Source of the DNA: Epithemia pelagica
Taxonomy: Eukaryota > Protista > Bacillariophyta
NCBI GenBank assembly: GCA_946965045.2
Contig: OX337229.1
Location: forward strand, 6,200,001-6,264,000
Direction: 5' to 3'
DNA: 64,000 nucleotides
The notes under the pieces were generated by a model. The model was not told the origin of the DNA. It saw only the letters and a list, made by a program, of their open reading frames with translations, and made no database searches. The position numbers and the translations under genes are program-made. How positions within the stretch are numbered: the first letter of the stretch is position 1; each line of letters begins with the position of its first letter. This document shows positions 58,603-64,000 of the stretch, one piece after another.

Positions 58603-59360
58603 TGTTAGGATTCTCACCGAAAACTAGGTGGCGAAACCTACAACTCATCGAATGATGCTAGTATTTTATGGCATCCGATGACATTTTCCTAAAAGTGAGA
58701 AAAGAATGTCGGCATGCTCGCGAAACTATAAATTTGGCCACGGCATGCTCGCAGTGCACGCGTTATCGGCGACCGCTCGGATATTAACTATGGCCCAACA
58801 CGTGCGCGCCCAAAACTATCAAGTGCGCGCCTCTACTATCCGAGTACGCGCATCCACGATTCGACCTAACGGTCTATGTAATCAAAGCACGAATCACGAT
58901 CACGCGAGACCATATCTCTGTTCCCACAAATCCAAGAATGCAAACAGCAACGCGCCCAGGACAAGACTTATACCACGACAAAGCAAGAGCTGTTGCATCC
59001 CATACACGTTATCCATCACCCTATACATTCAATATACACCAATGCCGGTCTACTCCAACCAGTGAGGACCTATCACACCAGATCCATGGCCGTATGCAAG
59101 AGCCAGGACTTCGACACCATCAACCACCTTAGTTAGTAATCGTCTCACAATCATTAATATCACCATTTTAACACTCATCTTAAGACTAACCTCTTATCAG
59201 TGGACCGACTGCCCCCACCCACGGCGGACTTCGACTTGCAACTCTTCTCTGACCCGTGGAGGATTGTTGTATCGGTTGGTGATTCGATTGTCGGCTCAAC
59301 GAGCCTTTTACCTATCCTACCTATCTGTCTAACCCCTGTTGAATCGAGAGAAGTTTATCA
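58603..59360 (+). repeat. 5' LTR of element 3 (about 758 bp)
   Basis: TG...CA; patches homologous to the element 1 LTR (AAAGCAAGAGCTGTTG, TTCTCTGACCC, TTGTATCGGTTGGTGA). The partner LTR is outside the window. Confidence 0.8.
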
Positions 59361-59374
59361 GATTAACAGTCTCA
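59361..59374 (+). promoter_or_regulatory. PBS GATTAACAGTCTCA
   Basis: Identical 14-mer to the element 1 PBS; the sequences diverge immediately after it. Confidence 0.78.
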
Positions 59375-59398
59375 TCGTTTATTTCCGAGAAGCTTTCG

Positions 59399-60154
59399 AT
59401 GTCTCACGACGATTCCAACCTCTCTATTCGACACATCTTTCATTCCTTCCAACAAAGCGGGGAGGAACTCCATCCACCCGTGTCCCATCCGGGCGAGCCC
59501 TTGGTTGAAACTCCGAAACAGACCCCGACTCAGGCCAGTGCTCCGAATCCCTTCCAGACCCCGGACCAAGTGGTCCAGCCTCCTTCGATCCCGACTCAAC
59601 CTTCGACTCCGCCTCGCCGTTTGAACCCTACTCGCACCCGACGTACGAGCCGTCTTCTTACTGCGCATATCCGACACTTCCGCGAGCCGACTGAGTCGAC
59701 TACCGACCCCGACGTGATCCGTTCCACAACCGAACGCGAGATCGATTTCCAGTCCGTCCAACCCGTGACTGACCTTGAGGACATCCAACGACTTCTCGAC
59801 CTCTTGAACCAGTGCTCGAGACGCCGTTTCATTGTCCAAGCCCTGTTGGGCAACCCTGTGGAACCCATCCGTATTCGATTCATCTCCTTTGAACGTCCAA
59901 CCAACTACTTCCACACCATCTGGATCGTCAACTCGACAACGAATCCGCTACCTACCCCGACTACTCGTCTCGACGAGTACGTCTCCTTTGTTCACGAGAT
60001 CCATCTCTGCCAGGATTTCCGTGCGACTATCTACCCTCTCTTCACTCAACACGTGAACCACTTGTTGGAAGACGACGACGTTGAAGAACTAGCCACTACA
60101 GTGACCGATTCCGCATCTCGTCTTCAGTACCGAGCCGAAAGTGACCAAGAATAA
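59399..60154 (+). CDS. Intact extra upstream ORF (ORF0, about 251 aa) of element 3
   Basis: MSHDDSNLS...RRTSRLLTAHIRHFREPT...RFISFERPTNYFHTIW...RATIYPL...; homologous to 25648-26427. Confidence 0.82.
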   Translation: MSHDDSNLSIRHIFHSFQQSGEELHPPVSHPGEPLVETPKQTPTQASAPNPFQTPDQVVQPPSIPTQPSTPPRRLNPTRTRRTSRLLTAHIRHFREPTESTTDPDVIRSTTEREIDFQSVQPVTDLEDIQRLLDLLNQCSRRRFIVQALLGNPVEPIRIRFISFERPTNYFHTIWIVNSTTNPLPTPTTRLDEYVSFVHEIHLCQDFRATIYPLFTQHVNHLLEDDDVEELATTVTDSASRLQYRAESDQE

Positions 60155-60201
60155 GTAACTTTACGTAGTTTCTACACCAAACCAGACACAAGACCGAGTT
60201 C

Positions 60202-60474
60202 CGCACATCCGGGTACCCTTGGTCGCACAACACGCCACACATTCCCGTCAAATCGCGAAAATTCGGCGAAAATTTGTTGAAACTCGGCGAAAATTTGTCG
60301 GAATCAACGGAAATTTCCAGGAGTCGCACATCACAACACACATCCGGGTATCATATACGTGGTACATACGTGGCACACGTGGTACATCCGGGTTCACATC
60401 ACATCACACATTAAATAAACCACATCACACCGCACATTAAATAAACATCGAACCAACCAAATAACACCATGGAT
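60202..60474 (+). promoter_or_regulatory. Highly conserved non-coding leader upstream of gag-pol, element 3
   Basis: Near-identical to the reverse complement of 25322-25594. Confidence 0.7.
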
Positions 60475-63400
60475 CCTCAATCACCCAAGACACCGTTTAC
60501 TCCTTCTGAGGACAAGTCAAGTCATATAACCGATCAAGATCTCTTTGACCATATAACTAAAGGCATCTTTGGTTGTAATGATGAACGAGCCCAATCACTT
60601 CAAAAGTGGATGCGACATCATGGTTTTGAACATATCCTTCATGTCCTCGACCATGTTGCAACTGATCCCGAGGAGACACTCAAGGATCTCATGCAATACA
60701 AGGTTGGAAAACAAGTCAACGACCTACAGACAAGTACAAGATTACAACTCAAACTAATGGCATATTGGTTACTACAACAACGGCAACTCCAACATGGAAA
60801 ACTACCCCGTGCTACATGGATGAACCTCACGAGGGACCAATATGACGATTGGAGGATCAACACCGACTTTACCAAGTCTGGTATGAACCAAGACCCAGTT
60901 TCTCCTCTGAAATCACCTGCACACTCCGTATCATCCCGATCTCCCACTACATCCTCTACAACATCTCAATCCATGTTAGATCTCTCTGCTTTCAAGAAAG
61001 GAACCAAAAGAGATGCAACAGCATTTGAATCATTCAAAGACGAACGATATTTTGATTCGTTTTGGCGTGTATTCAAATCAACTGCGAAAGCACAAGGATT
61101 GTCGAATGTTCTTGATTTCGATTACAAGGTACCCAAGGATGACGAATGCGCAGAGTTACTTTTCCGAGAACAACAAGTCTTTGTCTATTCTGTACTTGTA
61201 CGTATTATCCAAACCGACCAAGGAAGAGCATATGTTCGAGAACATGAACATGATGAAGACGCAAGAGCCGTCTTGAAGAAACTCCATGTTCTACACACTG
61301 AATCTGATCTAGCTAAGCGAGAAGTGTTACGCCTAACAAGCTACATTTCGAATCTTCGACTGGATGACTCTTGGCGTGGTACAACTCGTCAATTTCTCCT
61401 ACATTTTCAAGAACAGCTACGACTTCTGGATAACCTTGTACCACTGTCGGATCGTATCCATGACCATACAAGGATGACCTTCCTTATGCAAGCTGTTGAA
61501 AAGGTACCTGATTTAAGACGAGTCAAGATCTTGGATAACGTTGTCAACACAAAATCTGGAGCCAAGTCTCTCTGTTATCAATCATATTTCCGCCTGCTTC
61601 TTGATGCTGCTTTTGACCATGACCAAGCTACCCGAACTTCTGCGTCTAACCGCCGTTGTCATGTAAAGCAACATGAATTTCAGTTGTATGAACCTTTTGA
61701 ACCAGTGGAGTCCCCTGACTACCAGATCAACAACACGAATATCCAATCCGAAAAGTCCCCAACTTCGTCGAAAATCAGCCTTCCAAGAGATGTATGGTTT
61801 AAACTCTCTGAAGAGGATCGGCAAATCATTGTCGACTTCAATAAATCCGTCCAAGATTCCCCGACAACTCCACACAAGGTCCAAACACATTCTCTTGACA
61901 TTGATCCTGAACCAGACCCTGATCCTGATGCCAACAACATTGGTGATACCCATCAAGATGCACCAGAACAAGATCCATTCGATACATCCTCTGATCCGGT
62001 TACCCAGTTCGTACACCAGGCTATTGCATCGACAGATATCAATCATCCAGCATCTGACCTCAGCAACATCTTGTCAACTTCTACGACAAAATCAAGTCCT
62101 AAAGTCAAGTTCAAGTCTTCTGCTGATCACAAGCAAAAGGTTCATATGTCACGATATCTATTCTCCCGCAAATCCACCTTTTCTGGTAATCAACTCATCG
62201 ATCGAGGTGCCAATGGAGACCTTGCAGGATCTGACATGCGTATCCTTGCCAAAACCGGACGTCATATTACCATCGTAGGTATTGACAATCATGAATTGAC
62301 TGGCCTTCCAGTTGTTACCTGTGCTGCCAAGTTTGATACAAGTGATGGACCCATTATTGGTATCTTCAATGAGTATGCCCACTATGGAAAGGGTTTATCT
62401 ATCCATGCCCCAGCGCAATTTGAACATTTCGGCCTATCTGTCGACGAACGATCCGTCAAGGTTGATGGCAAACAACGCATTACTACCCTTGATGGACGCG
62501 CATTGCCCTTACGAATCAAGGATGGCCTTGCATACATTCAATCTCTGGGAATCCCTTCTGATGACGATATGGATAACTATCCGCATATTGTGTTCACTTC
62601 ACCCCATATCTGGGATCCTTCTGTACTTGACCATACCCATCCAGACCCCCATCAAGACCCTGCACCGAACTGGACATCTGTGGAGACTGATGGTAGTATG
62701 GAAACGTACCCCTATGACCAATATGGGGAGTATACCGATCGCGTTGTATGCACTTTGAATCTCCTCCTTGATCTCCCATATGATCATGGCCCCGATACAC
62801 CTTCCTTCTTTTCCATCTATGCTGATCAAGATGGCAACGACCCCACACTTCATGCGTCTGTCCACAAACTCTACAAGGAACAATACGACTGGAAGAAATT
62901 TCGCCCTTTCTTTGGGTGGCAATCGGAAGACGTAATCGCCGATACGTTCAAGCATACAACTCGTCATGGACACATTTCCTTTGACCAGGATACCTTGAAG
63001 AAACACTTTAAGGCCCGGAATCCTATCCTTAACCTTCCACGACGGCATGAACCCGTTGCCACTGACTCCATCTTCTCCGACACCCCGGCTGTTAACCATG
63101 GTGGCAAGATTGCTCAGATTTTTGTTGGTCGTGATACTTTGGTTACTGACATTTATGGTATCAAGTCTACCAAGCAATTCGTCAATACCCTCCAGGATAA
63201 CATTCGTACACGTGGTGTCATGGAGACTTTGATCAGTGATGGTGGTTCGTCACTTATTTCCCACAAGGTCAAGGATATTCTTCGCACCCTTCTGATTGGT
63301 GAATACTGTTCCGAGCCCTATCATCAACACCAGAACAAAGCTGAGAACCGCTATCAGACCGTTAAGCGTATGACCAATGCTATCATGAATGCATCTGGTT

Positions 63401-64000
63401 GCCCTGCTTCTGCATGGTTACTTTGTTTAGAATATGTGTGTGACCTCCTCAATCACACTTCCTCTCCCACCCACTCTGGCCGCACCCCTCTTGAGGCTCT
63501 TACCGGTACCCCACCCGACATTACCCATCTCCTTTTCTTTCCTTTCTGGGATGAGGTCTACTATCGTGTCGACCCTTCTGAACCTACCTCCGGTTCTTAC
63601 CCTTCGTCTCCCGACGAGAAGATTGGCCACTGGGTTGGTTTTGCCCACAATGTTGGTGATGCCTTTACTTGGAAGATCCTCACTGCCGACAACGTCATCA
63701 TCTACCGTTCCGCTGTCCGTCGCGTTGCCTCCACTACCCCCAACCTTCGTGTGGATATCTCTTCAGGGGAGGAGTCGCCGCATAAACCCACTGACAAGCA
63801 AGGTGACACTGTCTTTATTCGCAGCAGAAGTGAAGACCCATCCACACCTATGCCAACAATTGACTACGACGATTTAGTTGGACGCACATTCCTTTGTGAC
63901 ACTGAAGAAAATGGGGAGCGCCACCGAGCACGAGTAATCAAACGAGTTGTCGACCTGGAACAAGATGCAACCAAACAAGAAGACCGACTCAAATATATCT
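60469..64000 (+). CDS. Copia Gag-Pol, 5' part (gag, protease, integrase), open to the window end
   Basis: MDPQSPKTP start; Gag core highly similar to element 1; DRGANGD protease; ATDSIF...ISDGG...NKAENRYQ integrase. The ORF track shows no stop in this frame, which fits a run-off. Confidence 0.9.
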   Translation, partial: MDPQSPKTPFTPSEDKSSHITDQDLFDHITKGIFGCNDERAQSLQKWMRHHGFEHILHVLDHVATDPEETLKDLMQYKVGKQVNDLQTSTRLQLKLMAYWLLQQRQLQHGKLPRATWMNLTRDQYDDWRINTDFTKSGMNQDPVSPLKSPAHSVSSRSPTTSSTTSQSMLDLSAFKKGTKRDATAFESFKDERYFDSFWRVFKSTAKAQGLSNVLDFDYKVPKDDECAELLFREQQVFVYSVLVRIIQTDQGRAYVREHEHDEDARAVLKKLHVLHTESDLAKREVLRLTSYISNLRLDDSWRGTTRQFLLHFQEQLRLLDNLVPLSDRIHDHTRMTFLMQAVEKVPDLRRVKILDNVVNTKSGAKSLCYQSYFRLLLDAAFDHDQATRTSASNRRCHVKQHEFQLYEPFEPVESPDYQINNTNIQSEKSPTSSKISLPRDVWFKLSEEDRQIIVDFNKSVQDSPTTPHKVQTHSLDIDPEPDPDPDANNIGDTHQDAPEQDPFDTSSDPVTQFVHQAIASTDINHPASDLSNILSTSTTKSSPKVKFKSSADHKQKVHMSRYLFSRKSTFSGNQLIDRGANGDLAGSDMRILAKTGRHITIVGIDNHELTGLPVVTCAAKFDTSDGPIIGIFNEYAHYGKGLSIHAPAQFEHFGLSVDERSVKVDGKQRITTLDGRALPLRIKDGLAYIQSLGIPSDDDMDNYPHIVFTSPHIWDPSVLDHTHPDPHQDPAPNWTSVETDGSMETYPYDQYGEYTDRVVCTLNLLLDLPYDHGPDTPSFFSIYADQDGNDPTLHASVHKLYKEQYDWKKFRPFFGWQSEDVIADTFKHTTRHGHISFDQDTLKKHFKARNPILNLPRRHEPVATDSIFSDTPAVNHGGKIAQIFVGRDTLVTDIYGIKSTKQFVNTLQDNIRTRGVMETLISDGGSSLISHKVKDILRTLLIGEYCSEPYHQHQNKAENRYQTVKRMTNAIMNASGCPASAWLLCLEYVCDLLNHTSSPTHSGRTPLEALTGTPPDITHLLFFPFWDEVYYRVDPSEPTSGSYPSSPDEKIGHWVGFAHNVGDAFTWKILTADNVIIYRSAVRRVASTTPNLRVDISSGEESPHKPTDKQGDTVFIRSRSEDPSTPMPTIDYDDLVGRTFLCDTEENGERHRARVIKRVVDLEQDATKQEDRLKYI

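Larger units (their letters stand above)
58603..64000 (+). mobile_element. Ty1/Copia element 3 (relative of element 1), truncated by the window edge
   Basis: LTR start TGTTAGGATTCTCACCG matches the element 1 LTR start TGTTAGAATTCTCACCG; LTR ends TTTATCA at 59360; same PBS, ORF0 and leader as element 1; gag-pol from 60469. Confidence 0.92.

Noticed and set aside
1-64000. tRNA or rRNA genes
   Set aside because: No cloverleaf with a T-loop plus acceptor stem or rRNA-like segment noticed by eye; a tRNAscan-SE/Infernal run is needed to exclude them.

Overview
Eukaryotic nuclear DNA with short GT-AG introns, most likely from a pennate diatom or similar stramenopile (inferred from gene content and CoDi-like Copia elements). 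Host genes: UFD2/UBE4 U-box ligase, an SC35-like RRM/SR protein, RNase P p30, a two-pore K+ channel with EF hands, a receptor kinase-guanylate cyclase, mitochondrial uL15 and several unknown membrane or secreted proteins. There are also several pseudogenes, including a PHD-PWWP reader. Roughly half of the window is mobile DNA. (1) Two complete Ty1/Copia elements with apparently identical LTR pairs (19106-27003, 5-bp TSD ATGCG; 40039-46644, 4-bp TSD TATG) and a third Copia running off the right edge (from 58603). (2) A 9.8-kb TA-flanked TIR transposon (27472-37281) encoding an IS630/Tc1/mariner-like transposase with a very long D-to-E spacer, plus cargo: a SET-domain protein, a 2OG-Fe(II)-type dioxygenase and two unknown genes. 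The strongest leads are: this putative chromatin-enzyme cargo transposon; primer-binding sites in all three Copia elements that match the anticodon arm (positions 27-40) of elongator tRNA halves (Asn, and Ile probably read through inosine); and a conserved extra ORF upstream of gag-pol in two Copia elements, followed by a near-invariant ~270-bp leader. All alignments and counts were done by eye and no database searches were run.
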